Shown here piece by piece: positions 1 to 11,095 of a stretch of 64,000 bases of DNA (position 1 is its first letter; every line of letters starts with the position of its first letter). Position numbers and translations under genes: made by a program. Source of the stretch: an uncultured Chloroflexia bacterium. GTDB taxonomy: Bacteria; Chloroflexota; UBA6077; JACCZL01. Under the pieces are notes generated by a model, which saw nothing but the letters and a program-made list of their open reading frames with translations, was not told where the DNA came from and did not search any database. The stretch lies in the NCBI GenBank assembly GCA_963765765.1, contig CAVXYC010000014.1, positions 96,001 through 160,000 on the forward strand. Reading direction: 5' to 3'.

Positions 1-1168
1 GAGTCATGGTGAACTTCTCGAGATCGAAGTCCCTACCGCCCGGAAAATGGCTGTGCAGCACAAAGGTCGCAACGGAGACAAGCCCGAGGGCGGCAGCTCC
101 CACCTTGCCCAACGTCGAATGTCGCTTTCGAAGCCACGCCAGGCCGCCGGCGGTGGCCATACCCATCAGCGGCATCATCGCCCCTGCCCAGTGCCCTCCG
201 TAGGAATCGGCGCGGTCTTGAAGAAAGAGAACGATTGCCGTTGGGACGGCGGCCAGTAGCTGTTGTGGCGCGAGCAGACTCAACCCCGCATTAGGCAATA
301 GCAGCCATTCACCCACATCGGCAGTGCGCTCGACAGCGTAGCTCGAAAGGGTGTCCAAGGGGTCCTTCATCAGATCCTCGTAGTGCCCGGTAGCGCGATT
401 GCCTGCTTCGCGTGAAACGCGATGCTGAAACGAGGGCATGATGACGAATGCCACCAGCACAGCCCAGACAGTGGCGAGCGCGACTAGTCCCGCGCCCAGC
501 TTCCAGCGTGAACGATGCATCACCATCCAGCTCAATCCGAGCCCGGCGATGACGAACGCCGTCTCTTCTTCGAAGAGGAGGCAGCACACAACACCTGCTA
601 ATGCAACGCGTACACGACCGGTGAACACTCCGTACGCGGCGACAGCCGAAGGGAGCGCTGCCAGCACCACGGGGTGAAACTCCGACAGCGCGATGCGTGA
701 AAGCGCTGGCATGGCCAGATAGCTTGCCAGTACGAGCAATGCGAGGCGGGTGTCTCGCAAGATGTGCCTGGCCCACAGGAAGACCGGAACCCCGCTAGCT
801 CCGAGAAACACCTGCTGGAGAGCCACAAGCATCGCCGGACTTGGAAGAAGCCCGTACAAGAGCGCCAATGGCCAGAGCACCGGAGCGAAGTGCTCCGCCA
901 GGTGATTGGTGTTTTCCATGAGCAGCGTCGTGGTCAGGCCACGTCCCTGGTTGGCGTTGTAGAGAATCTGCGCGTAGATCCCCATATCACGAGCACGTGT
1001 GTGATAGGTGACGTGCTGAAGGACTGCCAGCGTGCCGCTTAACAGCGTGTAGATAAAGCAGAGGACGAGTGCGGGCTTCAGTCCGTTTGCAAGCCAACCG
1101 GCTCGCGTGGAGCTCGGAACGGCGGGTGCGCCTGGAAGGTCAGCCGTTGCCGCCGGACTCGCGGCCAC
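1..1168 (-). CDS. DUF2079-family multi-pass membrane protein (GT-C-like), 3' end runs off the window
   Basis: Translated by hand because it is absent from the ORF track (no stop in window): ...HVTYHTRARDMGIYAQILYN...NHLAEHFAPVLWPLALLYGLLPSPAMLVALQQVFLG...SEFHPVVLA...LLFEEE. The D-x-GIY, HFxP and EFHP motifs are typical of DUF2079. GTG at 1168 follows an in-frame stop. Confidence 0.75.
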   Translation of the reverse strand, partial: MAASPAATADLPGAPAVPSSTRAGWLANGLKPALVLCFIYTLLSGTLAVLQHVTYHTRARDMGIYAQILYNANQGRGLTTTLLMENTNHLAEHFAPVLWPLALLYGLLPSPAMLVALQQVFLGASGVPVFLWARHILRDTRLALLVLASYLAMPALSRIALSEFHPVVLAALPSAVAAYGVFTGRVRVALAGVVCCLLFEEETAFVIAGLGLSWMVMHRSRWKLGAGLVALATVWAVLVAFVIMPSFQHRVSREAGNRATGHYEDLMKDPLDTLSSYAVERTADVGEWLLLPNAGLSLLAPQQLLAAVPTAIVLFLQDRADSYGGHWAGAMMPLMGMATAGGLAWLRKRHSTLGKVGAAALGLVSVATFVLHSHFPGGRDFDLEKFTMT

Positions 1169-1288
1169 GGGCTAGTCGATGGGGCGGGGAAGCCCCGCCA
1201 GGACACATTGTTCGCCTGCAAGTAAAGCCCCGCCCATCTGCCAATGCTTGGCGGGGACGAATGTCTGTGGTCGGGGCGATAAGGACAT

Positions 1289-2455
1289 CTAATCCGGCTC
1301 CGGCACGTCGCTCATCGGCTTCACGCCATGCTCAAATCGCGATAGACCCAGGGGTTCGATATCGATGCTCGTTCGACCGTCAACGATGAGCTCGGCGACA
1401 CTGATGCCAATGGCTGGCGAGTGCTGGAAACCATGTCCGCAAAAGCCGACGGCAGCCAGCATGTTATCCAATCCCGGCATGCGATCGATGATGCCGTGCT
1501 CATCTGGAGTGAGTGGTCGTAGACCAGCCCAGGCGCTCCGAATACCCGCTTCGCCTAGAGCTGGCATGCGCTTCACGGCCTTCTGAACGGTCTCCTCGAG
1601 CCGGCCCCAATCGACCGGCGGAGCGTCGGTCAGCTCGCCTACATCCTCGGCATCGCCTGGACTCATGAGCAGTGAGCGCATCTCGCTGCGCGCGTAGAAT
1701 CCCGAGCCGCGATCCTGCACCATCGGCACCGGATGATGGACGCCGTCGAAGTCATCGGTGACGAAAATATGCCGTCGCCTCGGATAGACGGGTAGCTCGA
1801 TGCCCACCATACGTCCAACGGCCGCCGCCTGTGGTCCCGCGGCATCGATGACCAGGCCGGCCGAAGCGCGCCCTCGGTCGTGGCAATGGACGCTACTTGC
1901 GGCCCGTTGAGGTCCAAGCCAATGACCGTCGTCCCCTCGCAGAACTGAACGCCCAGCTGCGCGCGCACGCCGTGCGTAGGCCTGAACCACCTCGTTTACG
2001 CCCGCATATCCATCTCGCGGCCCCCACGTCGCGGCCAGCACGTCATCCACATACAGACCGGGGACAATTGCTCGGGCATCGTCAGGCGAGATCATCTGCA
2101 CATCAAGGCCCATCTCGCGCTGCAACTCGATGTCCCGCGAGTATCGATCGACTTGTTCTTGCGATGTCAGGCAGTACAGATAACCGTGCTCGCGAAAGTC
2201 GCAATCGCCACCCATCTCGTCAGAGAATCGGTGAAAGAAGTCCAGACTGGCGAGCGAGAACTCGATTTCGACGCGAGTGCTGAACTGCGCGCGAATGCCC
2301 CCCGCTGCCTTGCTCGTCGTGCCCGATCCAATGGCGTCGCGCTCGAGGACCACGACGTTCTTCACGCCACGCTTCGCCAGGTGGTACGCGATGCTACAGC
2401 CAATGGCGCCTGCGCCAATAATGGCAATGTCTGCAGTAGAAGGAAGCGTAGACAT
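1289..2455 (-). CDS. FAD-dependent oxidoreductase, DAO/sarcosine oxidase beta family (compensating frameshifts near 1870-1965)
   Basis: GAGAIG dinucleotide-binding motif, SGTTSKAAGGIRAQF, WAGLRPLTPD, GFCGHGFQHSPAIG. Confidence 0.9.
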   Translation of the reverse strand: MSTLPSTADIAIIGAGAIGCSIAYHLAKRGVKNVVVLERDAIGSGTTSKAAGGIRAQFSTRVEIEFSLASLDFFHRFSDEMGGDCDFREHGYLYCLTSQEQVDRYSRDIELQREMGLDVQMISPDDARAIVPGLYVDDVLAATWGPRDGYAGVNEVVQAYARRARAAGRSVLRGDDGHWLGPQRAASSVHCHDRGRASAGLVIDAAGPQAAAVGRMVGIELPVYPRRRHIFVTDDFDGVHHPVPMVQDRGSGFYARSEMRSLLMSPGDAEDVGELTDAPPVDWGRLEETVQKAVKRMPALGEAGIRSAWAGLRPLTPDEHGIIDRMPGLDNMLAAVGFCGHGFQHSPAIGISVAELIVDGRTSIDIEPLGLSRFEHGVKPMSDVPEPD

Positions 2456-2599
2456 AATTGAGTGATGACTGTTGAGTGATAAGTGGCGTTCAGGAGGCCA
2501 ATGGCGCTCCCTACTCGCTATTGATGACTGATCACTCGTTATTCGTGAGTCGTCGTCTATGATAGCTGATGCGCGCCGCCATCCTCGCGCAGAGGCACC

Positions 2600-4870
2600 A
2601 TGACTGAACGTTTTGTTGGACAGCCGCGCAAGCGTGTCGAAGATCGCCGATTTATCCAGGGAGACTGGTCGTTATGTCGATGACATTCGACCGTCTGACG
2701 TGCTCCACATGGCCGTGCTGCGCAGCCCATACGGCCATGCCAGGATACGCTCCATCGATATAGAAGGCGCTCGGAAGGGCGCTGGAGTAGCAGCCGTCTT
2801 CACGGCCGCCGACTTTCCTGACCTGAAGCCGCTGCCCGGCGCGCGCAAACATTCCAAACGCGGCCATCGCACCGATTCCGATCATCGCCCGAGATCGCGT
2901 GCGCTTTGTCGGCGAGATTGTTGCTATTGTCCTGGCCACAAGTCGCTATCTCGCAGAAGACGCGCTTCGCTCTATCGAGGTGGACTACGAGCCGCTACCC
3001 GCGGTCACCGATGCCGAAGCGGCACTCGATCCCGAAGCTCCCAGACTACACGATGACCTTCCCGACAACGTCTGCTATCGAGTCGTGGCTAGCGGCGGAG
3101 ATGTAGAAGCCGCCTTCGCCCGAGCAGCCCACGTGGTTCATGCTCGAGCACGACATCACCGGCTTGCCCCGGTGCCCATGGAGCCGCGGAGTGGGATGGC
3201 CGAGCCCGGGTCCGAACGGCACGGTCACACTGACTCTGTCCTCGCAGGCACCCCACCGTGCCCGCGACACGATAAGCGCATGCACGGGTCTCGCCACTGA
3301 GGCGATTCGCGTCATCGCCCCTGACGTCGGCGGAGGATTCGGCTCAAAGGGCTCGGCGTACCGGGAGGACGTCCTGCTCGCCGCGGTGGCGATGCGCCTC
3401 GGTCGATCGGTCACCTGGACGGCTACGCGTATGGAGGATCTGCTCACCACTCACCACGCGCGCGACCAAGTGGACACAATCTCCGGCGCCTTCGATGACG
3501 CAGGTCATCTTCTGGCTATCCGCACACGAACCGTAAACGGGCTGGGCGCATACGCCTATGCGAATACCGGCCAGCCCATGCGTATCCGCGACTACGCCAC
3601 AGGCGCATACAAAGTTCCGGCGCATCAAGCCGAGATCATCGCCGTCTACACCAATACCGCACCCCAGGGCGCGTATCGCGGTGCCGGTCGTCCCGAAGCG
3701 AGTTATCTCACCGAGCGATTGATGGATCAGGCCTCACTGGAGCTCGGTATCGACCCAGTCGAGCTGCGAAAACGGAATCTCATTCAGCCAACCGACTTTC
3801 CATGGAAGACGCCCAACGGCGCCAACTTCGACAGTGGCAACTACCCGGAGCTTTTGGACAAGGCGCTAGGAATAGCGGACTACCCGGCACTCTTGAAAGA
3901 GCGCGACGCACGTCGCGCGACCGGTGAGATTGTTGGCGTCGGCATTGCCGTCTTCATAGAAACTACCGCGAATGGCTGGGAGAGCGGCGCTGTCGAGATC
4001 CTGCCGGACGGCAGTATCGTGGGGATCACTGGCTCGCACAGCCACGGGCAGGCTCATGAGACCGTATTCGCGCAGGTCCTGGCGGATGAGCTTGGTGTAC
4101 CGCCGGACCGCATCGTCATCCGCCATGGCGATACAGCGCTCATCGATAGAGCGATAGGAACGTTCGGAAGCCGCAGTGCGGTGTTGGGTGGCGGCGCGCT
4201 TGTGCAGGCCGCGACCGAGCTGAAGGACGAGCTGCGCACGCTTGCCGCGGAGCTCCTGGAGGCAGACGCAGCCGACCTCGAGATCGCGGATGGCGCCGTG
4301 CGTGTGCGTGGCACCGTGGAGCGCGCGGTGACGTACCAGCAGCTTGCCCAAGCGGCCGAACAACGCGGCGAGCAGCTCAAAGCGTCCACGATCTTCGAGC
4401 CACCGAACGACACCATCTCGTCTGGTGCGTACGTCGCGCTGGTGAGCATCGACCGAGACACCGGCCGCGTGAATCTCGAGCGTATCGTTGCCGTGGATGA
4501 TTGCGGAACGATTCTCAACCCGATGATCGTGAAGGGTCAGGTCCACGGGGCGCTTGCCCAGGGGATCGGCGAGGCGATGAGCGAGCGCATGGTGTACGAC
4601 GAGGACGGGCAGGTGCTCACCGCGTCGCTCCTGGATTACGCCATGCCTACGGCGCACAGCGTGCCCGAGCCGGTTCTGGGCCACATCGTCACGCCCAATC
4701 CGTCCAATCCCCTGGGCGCCAAGGGAGCCGGTGAAGCCGGAACCATCGGGGCACCACCAACGATCATGAACGCCGTGCTGGATGCGCTGCGACCACTGGG
4801 CGTTAGAGATCTGGACCTCCCCATCACCGATGAGAAGGTCTGGCAGGCGATGCACTCGGCCCAACGATGA
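2600..4870 (+). CDS. Xanthine dehydrogenase-family molybdopterin-binding large subunit (CoxL/CutL-like), frameshifted
   Basis: Stitched from MTERFVGQPRKRVEDRRF, RSPYGHARI, PDVGGGFGSKG, AYRGAGRPEA, HSHGQAHET, GTFGSRS and KGAGEAGTIGAP. Several 1-nt frame changes fall before 3210. Confidence 0.9.
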
Positions 4871-7168
4871 CGCACAACGCTCCAATGACGACAGAAGCGC
4901 CGCTGATCGGCCAGGACATCAAGCGCGTGGAAGATGTTCGGCTTGTCCGAGGGGCTGGCCAATTCGTGGATGACGTAAATCCAGCCGGCACAGTCCACGC
5001 CGTCTTCGTTCGCAGCCCATACGCGCATGCCAGGATACGCGCTATCGACTCTGGGACCTCGCCGGGCGATGCCTGGCGTTGTCATGGTCGCCGTGGCCAG
5101 CGACATTCCGGCCAAGCCGATTCCCGTACGCGCCACAGTGGAGGGCGCGCTGGCACTCGCCGCGCCGCTTCTCGCTTCAGATCGGGTTCGATACGTCGGT
5201 GAGCCCATCGCGGTGGTACTGGCCCAGCAGCGGGCCCAGGCGGAAGACGCCGCGCGGGCAATCGAAATTGAATTCGATCCGCTCCCGGTCGTCGCATCCG
5301 CCGAGGCTGCGATAGCCAGCGACGCGCCCAAGCTTCATGATGAACTGGACAGCAACGTCTGCTACGACATCCAGCTTCGCAGCGGTGACGTAGACGGTGC
5401 GTTCAAGCAGGCAGCAACCGTCGTGAAGGTCAAGGCAAGTCATGAGCGCATTGCCGCCTCCGCGCTGGAACCGCGCTGCCTGCTGGCCGAGCCAGACGGG
5501 TCTGGCGGCCTGACACTCTGGATATCATCGCAGGCGCCGTTTCGAGTGCGCGACACGCTGATGAGTGTTCTCGGCCTATCGAAGGATCGCATCCGAGTAC
5601 TGGCACCAGACGTGGGCGGCGGATTCGGAGCCAAGGCCACCGTCTATCGCGAAGACGTGGTCCTGTGTGCGCTGGCCATGCGCCTTGGTCAACCGATCAA
5701 GTGGGTGGCAACGCGCATGGAGGACCTCGCCAACACGCACCACGCACGCGATCACACAGACGAAGCTGAAGCAGCGGTGTCGGCAGACGGTCGCGTGCTG
5801 GCTCTCCGTACGCGGACGGCCTCAGGAATTGGCGCTTACGTCCACGGTTACGGGTTGATGACGCCCTTGAAAGTGCGCGAGATGGGCACCGGACCATACG
5901 CCATCCCGGCGCAGGAGTCGCGAACAATAGCCGTCTACACCAACGCCATGCCGTGCGGTGCGTACCGTGGCGCTGGCCTACCCGAGGCAGCTTATCTGAT
6001 CGAGCGACTCATGGACGCAGCCGCGCACGCGCTCCAGATCGATCCCGTCGAGATCCGACGACGCAATCTCATCCAGCCAAATGAGTTCCCGTTCGTAACT
6101 CCAGGCGGTGTCGAATATGACAGCGGCGATTTCCCCGCGATCCTGGAGAAGTCGTTCAGCTCGCAGACTATCAGTCGATGCGCGCCGAGCAAGCTCAACG
6201 GCGCGCCGCTGGCGAGCTGGTCGGTATCGCCACGAGTGTCTTTGCAGAGACCACCGGGAATGGCTGGGAGACCGCAGCGGTGCGGGTGGAACGCGACGGC
6301 GCGATCGTGGGAATTACTGGTTCGCATAGTCACGGGCAAGGACATGCCACGACATTTGCACAGATCCTGGCCGATCAGTTCGGAGTTCCGCTAGACCAGG
6401 TGCGGATTGTCCAGGGTGATTCCAGCCTTCTCGAGACTGGCATGGGCACGTTTGGCAGTCGCAGCACCGTGCTGGGCGGCGGAGCACTTGTCACGGCCTC
6501 TGACACCGTGAAAGAACGGCTCGCGCATGCCGCGGCGGAGATGCTAGAGACGCGAGCCGACGATATTGAGCTGGTTCGAGGACTGCTCCAGGTACGCGGC
6601 GCGCCCGAACGCGCGCTGACGATCGCACAGGTGGCATACCACGTCGCGGATGAGTCGGGCGCTGAAGTCCAGGAAGCTGCCACGTTCGAGCCATCTGGTG
6701 ACGCGGTCTCGTCGGGCGCGTACATCGGCATGGTCAGCGTCGATCGAGACACGGGCCGTGTCTATATCGAATCGTTGACGTTGGTGGACGACTGCGGAGT
6801 CATCGTCAATCCCCGTGTGGTTCACGGACAGGTGCATGGCGCTCTAGCGCAGGGTGTGGGCGAGGCACTTCTGGAGCGCGTGATCTACGACGAAAACGGT
6901 CAATTGCTGACAGGGTCGTTTCTCGACTACGGCTTACCGACGGCCGGATTGGTTCCCGAGCCCGTACTTGGCCATCACGTCACACCGAGCCCGCTCAATC
7001 CACTGGGAGTCAAAGGCGCCGGTGAAGCCGGCACCATCGGGGCGCCTCCGACCATCGTCAACGCGGTCCTGGATGCCCTACGCCCACTGGGCGTCACCGA
7101 CTTGCAGCTCCCATTGAACGACGAGCAAGATCTGGAAAGCAATCCAGGACGCCACGCGCCATGGCTGA
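4867..7168 (+). CDS. Second xanthine dehydrogenase-family molybdopterin-binding large subunit, frameshifted
   Basis: ATGA overlap with the previous gene. IGQDIKRVED, RSPYAHARI, PDVGGGFGAK, AYRGAGLPEA, HSHGQGHAT, KGAGEAGTIGAP. Stitched C-terminus IWKAIQDATRHG*. Confidence 0.9.
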
Positions 7169-8513
7169 CACCGGCGCCACGGTCGAGCTTGCGAAATTCG
7201 CGACGGAGACTCGCGCTCTCGAGCTTCCCTCCGAGGTGTTGCATCAGGCGCGGCGCGCACTGGTCGACTGGCTCGGCGTGACGATTGGCGGCGCGGACGA
7301 GCCGTCCGTCGACGCGATGGCGCGCGTAGTCCTGCCAATGGCCAACGGCAACTCCGCATCCCTTATCGGCCGATCCGAGCGCACCAGTCCTCACGCGGCC
7401 GCGCTGATCAATGGTCAGGCAGCACACGTTCTGGACTTCGATGACACACTCATGTCCCCGGAGACGACGCTTCATGGCTGCGCGCCAATCTTTCCGGCCG
7501 CGCTTGCGCTGGCGGAAGCCCGTCACGCGAGTGGCCGAGATCTGCTGAAAGCGTTCGCCCTGGGCTTCGAGGTTGCCGCGAGGGTTGCCCTGGCCGCGGG
7601 CAAGCCACACTACGACGCAGGCTGGCACGTGACCGGAACTACCGGGCACTTCGGTGCCGCCACCGCCGCGACCGTCATCCTTGGGCTGTCGACAGAGCAG
7701 CTCACCCAGGCTTACGGGATCGCTGGCACGCAGGCATCCGGTCTCAAGGAGGTGTATGGCAGTAGCTCCAAGGCGCTGCACGCTGGTCGCGCCGCGTCCG
7801 ACGGGCTGCTCTCCGCACTGCTGGCCGCCGAGGGTTACACGGGCGGGACCACGGTTCTGGAGGGCCGATTCGGCTTCTTGAACCTATTTAGCTCCGAGCC
7901 ACGAGCCGAGCGCCTCACCGATGGATTGGGTGAGCGCTGGCTGCTGCTCGAAGACGGCTTCAAGCCGTATGCGTGCGGCTCGCTCGTGCACGCCGCGATC
8001 GACGCCGCGGTCCACATTGGCGTCTCCCAGGCGCCGGCCCCGGATGCGATTGAAAGCATTGCCGCGCGAGTGCACTGGCACGTGGCATCAACCACCGGAA
8101 AAACTGACCTCAAGAGCGGTCTAGATGGAAAATTCAGCGCAGCGCATTGTCTGGCCGTGGCGCTGGTGGATCACGCCGTGGGTCCTGCGCAGTTCACTGA
8201 TCAACGTGTGTTCGATCCCACCGTCTCCGCGCTACGTCAGCGGGTAACGCTGAACGTGGACGAAGCCTGCCGCCGAGACGAGGCGACTGTAACCGTGACG
8301 CTACGCAATGGTCGAGTCCTGGAGCACACTACGGAGCACGCGAGTGGCACGCCAGAAAACCCAGTGAGTGACGACACATTGAGCGCAAAATTCCTTGGCC
8401 TGGTATCCCCGAGGTTGGGCGCAAGCCGCGCCGACAGGCTTCTTGAGACGGCGTGGAAGGCCGATGCGCTGAGCGATGTGAGCGAGCTCACTGGGCTAGC
8501 GAGGCTGAGTTGA
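7161..8513 (+). CDS. MmgE/PrpD family protein
   Basis: AALINGQAAHVLDFDDT, GWHVTGT, KALHAGRAA, FKPYACG, GKFS motifs. Overlaps the end of the upstream gene. Confidence 0.92.
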   Translation: MADTGATVELAKFATETRALELPSEVLHQARRALVDWLGVTIGGADEPSVDAMARVVLPMANGNSASLIGRSERTSPHAAALINGQAAHVLDFDDTLMSPETTLHGCAPIFPAALALAEARHASGRDLLKAFALGFEVAARVALAAGKPHYDAGWHVTGTTGHFGAATAATVILGLSTEQLTQAYGIAGTQASGLKEVYGSSSKALHAGRAASDGLLSALLAAEGYTGGTTVLEGRFGFLNLFSSEPRAERLTDGLGERWLLLEDGFKPYACGSLVHAAIDAAVHIGVSQAPAPDAIESIAARVHWHVASTTGKTDLKSGLDGKFSAAHCLAVALVDHAVGPAQFTDQRVFDPTVSALRQRVTLNVDEACRRDEATVTVTLRNGRVLEHTTEHASGTPENPVSDDTLSAKFLGLVSPRLGASRADRLLETAWKADALSDVSELTGLARLS

Positions 8514-8542
8514 GGAAAGGGCGGATGCATTGGCGTGGCAAT

Positions 8543-8612
8543 GGGAGTCAGCGAATGGGACCGGCGAAGCAGGGCGGCGCATCACGCCCTACGATCAGGT
8601 CCCATAACTCCC
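8543..8612. repeat. Nested hairpin / REP-like palindrome between convergent genes
   Basis: GGGAGT..ATGGGACC pairs with GGTCCCAT.ACTCCC. The inner AGGGCG/CGCCCT stem ends in CTAC (GTAG on the minus strand). Confidence 0.4.
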
Positions 8613-8820
8613 GTAGCGGAAGCTCCTGAACCTCTTTGCCGCGAATATTAGGCGGGTAAGAAGCGCCCGTCCAGCAAATGCCCGAACGCTTCGTCGCGGT
8701 CGGTCTGACTCAGCGACTTCGAATTCCGCGAATCACCTTGCGACCACGCTGAGTAAGCGTCCAGGGAATGCTTCGGCCGCCACACAGAGGCACGGTTCCC
8801 AACCGCGGCCTGGAGTTCGC

Positions 8821-10215
8821 TTATGCGAAGTCTAGATCGCGTATCGCCTCCGCGGACGGCTTAGCGGTCCCGTCTTCTCGGAACAGGCCAAATGCCGCCT
8901 CGCGCGGATTGGGCTGATTGGCCGCGTCGTTCAGCATCCATTTGTATGCGCCGCTCAGACCCGCCTCACGCGCAGCCTCAAAAGTTGCCGCCTCCAGCTC
9001 CGCCGCGCGATGCGGCTCCACTTCGTGTGTGGACCAGCCAAATTCACCGAGCACGGTGGGCGTCTCGGTGCGGCGCGCGATCTCCAAAGCGATTTGCACT
9101 GAGTAATCCGGAGCGGAATCATCCGCCGCGTGGTACTGGTGGAAACTCACCACGTCCAGCGCCTGATTGGCTGACCGAGTGGCAAGAACGAGATCGTTAA
9201 AACCCACCGTGATCGGAACGGACGGATGCTCGCGCCATAATGGCGCGGCCTGCGCGTCAATCCAGTAGCCCAGCGCGTCGTCTATCAGGTCCACCAGAGC
9301 ACCCCAGCGCTGTTGATGTTCAGCCTGGTCGAGATAGTGAACGACAGTAGCTCCGGGTGAAGCGGCCGTCCAGGCGCGGTACTCCGACTGAAATACGTCC
9401 ACCGTGAGCAGTGCATTGATCGCCCAGTACGCCTCATCGTCCGAGAGGCGCTGAGGCAGCCAATCTGGCTTCATGGCCCGCCACGCGAGAGCGGAGTCGC
9501 GCGGGATGCTCTCACCGTACTGATGGATCACCGCGTCAGTCTGAATCGCTGGTCTGAAGGGCTGTGGATGACCGCGCTCCGCGTCAGACCCGAGCGACTT
9601 CCATTTATCGGGATCCAGCTCATCCGTCCGAGCAAATAGCGCGGTCACCAGATCGCCAATCTGCGGCTCGTTCTTGAGATCGTACCCCGCGACGACCGTC
9701 CGTCCAGCGTAGCGATGGGCGATGGCTCCAGCGATCATTGCTCGATTCCAGAGGTCCGACTCGGGAAAATCGGCGAGGGTCATTAACAGCGATAGTCCAC
9801 GCCGCTCTGCAATATCGAGCACGGCATCCATGCGCCACCATTCGTCTTGCAGGATCTGCTCTGCCAGCGGCGCCTGAACGAAGAGGCGTACGCCGTCCAG
9901 CCCGATGTCCGCGGCTCTCGCCAGGTCTTGATCGATCAGCGAAGAATCGAATTGATCGGGTTTCCACATCTGCCAGGCTCGATCAGCCGGCCCCTCGTAA
10001 TTGGCTCCAACGACAAATGAGGGCGCAAGCGGCAAACGCGCACGCCGCTCCAACCGCCGCGGCAGCTCATCCTGCCCGGGCTGCACCCACGGACGCCCTA
10101 CCGGCAGATCACCCGAAATCCATCGAGACGCGAGCAAGCCGGCCGCCACAGCACCGCCGCCTAGCAGCAGCTTCCGCCGAGAGATCCGCCGCGTCCCCGA
10201 GCCGAGTATGCCCAT
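8821..10215 (-). CDS. Clan GH-A glycoside hydrolase (GH5/cellulase-like) with Tat signal
   Basis: ISRRKLLLGG twin-arginine signal; VGANY; YDLKNEP (acid/base Glu); VLGEFG (nucleophile); DVVSFHQY; FGLFREDGTAKP. Confidence 0.75.
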   Translation of the reverse strand: MGILGSGTRRISRRKLLLGGGAVAAGLLASRWISGDLPVGRPWVQPGQDELPRRLERRARLPLAPSFVVGANYEGPADRAWQMWKPDQFDSSLIDQDLARAADIGLDGVRLFVQAPLAEQILQDEWWRMDAVLDIAERRGLSLLMTLADFPESDLWNRAMIAGAIAHRYAGRTVVAGYDLKNEPQIGDLVTALFARTDELDPDKWKSLGSDAERGHPQPFRPAIQTDAVIHQYGESIPRDSALAWRAMKPDWLPQRLSDDEAYWAINALLTVDVFQSEYRAWTAASPGATVVHYLDQAEHQQRWGALVDLIDDALGYWIDAQAAPLWREHPSVPITVGFNDLVLATRSANQALDVVSFHQYHAADDSAPDYSVQIALEIARRTETPTVLGEFGWSTHEVEPHRAAELEAATFEAAREAGLSGAYKWMLNDAANQPNPREAAFGLFREDGTAKPSAEAIRDLDFA

Positions 10216-10363
10216 ACTCAGAGTCTAGTAGACCACCCGCGACGTCGTCGAAATTCCCCTAATCCTTCGGCGACACGTCCGACCCCTGCGTACTCACCGT
10301 TCGCCCACTACCCTCGTAACTCCTCAACCGCCATCCGCACTTTGTTAGAATGTCATTTGCCCT

Positions 10364-10438
10364 GGCGGAGTAGCTCAGTGGTAGAGCAGGGGACTCATAA
10401 GCCCTTGGTCGGGGGTTCAAATCCCTCCTCCGCCACCA
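10364..10438 (+). tRNA. tRNA-Met (CAT), elongator type, CCA encoded
   Basis: Cloverleaf GGCGGAG TA GCTC AGTGGTA GAGC A GGGGA CTCATAA GCCCT TGGTC GGGGG TTCAAAT CCCTC CTCCGCC A CCA. G1-C72 is paired, so not an initiator. G2-C71 and C3-G70 fit Met, but Ile2 is not formally excluded. Confidence 0.93.
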
Positions 10439-10451
10439 CGATTCTGAGATT

Positions 10452-10489
10452 GAAAAGGTCCACCTGAATTGCTCCAAGTGGACCTTTTC
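10452..10489. terminator. Inverted repeat downstream of the tRNA (likely terminator)
   Basis: GAAAAGGTCCAC...GTGGACCTTTTC stem. Confidence 0.6.
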
Positions 10490-10497
10490 GACTGATT

Positions 10498-10517
10498 TGT
10501 AGCAACGGATGTAGCAA
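10498..10517 (+). repeat. TGTAGCAA direct repeats, putative integrase arm-type sites (left arm)
   Basis: Copies at 10498 and 10510 (12-bp period). The same motif occurs at the other end of the element. Confidence 0.6.
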
Positions 10518-10527
10518 TCCGGCGCAA

Positions 10528-11095
10528 TTAGGTCCCGAAAAGGGCGTCCATGCGGTCGGCGGCGTCCTGCTGCAGAGCGGGCATGACGTGACTGTACGTG
10601 TTCATTGTCAAGCTGATCTGGCTGTGCCCGAGTGTCTCCATCACGACCCGCATTGGGACACCCTGGCCGAGCATAAAGGTGGCTGCGCAGTGTCGTAGAT
10701 CATGGAAACGCTGTCGCGGCAGTCCAGCTCGCTCCAACAGAGCCTGAAATCGGTGCGTCACGGAGGAACCGTGGAGCGGCGTTCCGATGCTGGACGGGAA
10801 TACCAGTCCGTGCTCGCGCCACTTCGACCCCGCCAGTAACCGCTCTTCGAGTTGGCGGACCTTGTGCATCCGTAAAGCTTCAACTGCGAAACCGCGGAAG
10901 GCGGATAGTACGACGGCTTCGCGCGGTCTTTGGCTCGACCAACTGGAATTCACCTTGAATGAATTGAAGCGCCGAGCGGACTTGCAGCGTGCCGTCTTCC
11001 AGGGCAACGGCATCCCACTTCAAGCCAAGAGCCTCGCCTTGGCGCAGGCCGATCGCCAATGCGACAGTGTGGAGGGCTTCTAGGCGTTCCGTGGC
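10528..11095 (-). pseudogene. Tyrosine recombinase/integrase, catalytic domain only (N-terminal half missing; one frameshift)
   Basis: GLRQGEALGLKW, EPKTARSRRTI, RFHDLRH, LGHSQISLTMNTYSHV show the R-K-HxxR-H-Y catalytic set. Upstream sequence switches to an HNH-type gene. Confidence 0.88.

Noticed and set aside
2458-2550. Short heptamer-like repeats (GAGTGAT...) in the divergent promoter region
   Set aside because: Too few and too degenerate to distinguish from chance or an ordinary operator.
2600-7168. Aerobic CO dehydrogenase or selenocysteine-containing Mo enzyme (given selB nearby)
   Set aside because: The form I AYxCSFR motif is absent, and breaks are frame changes rather than in-frame TGA at a catalytic position.
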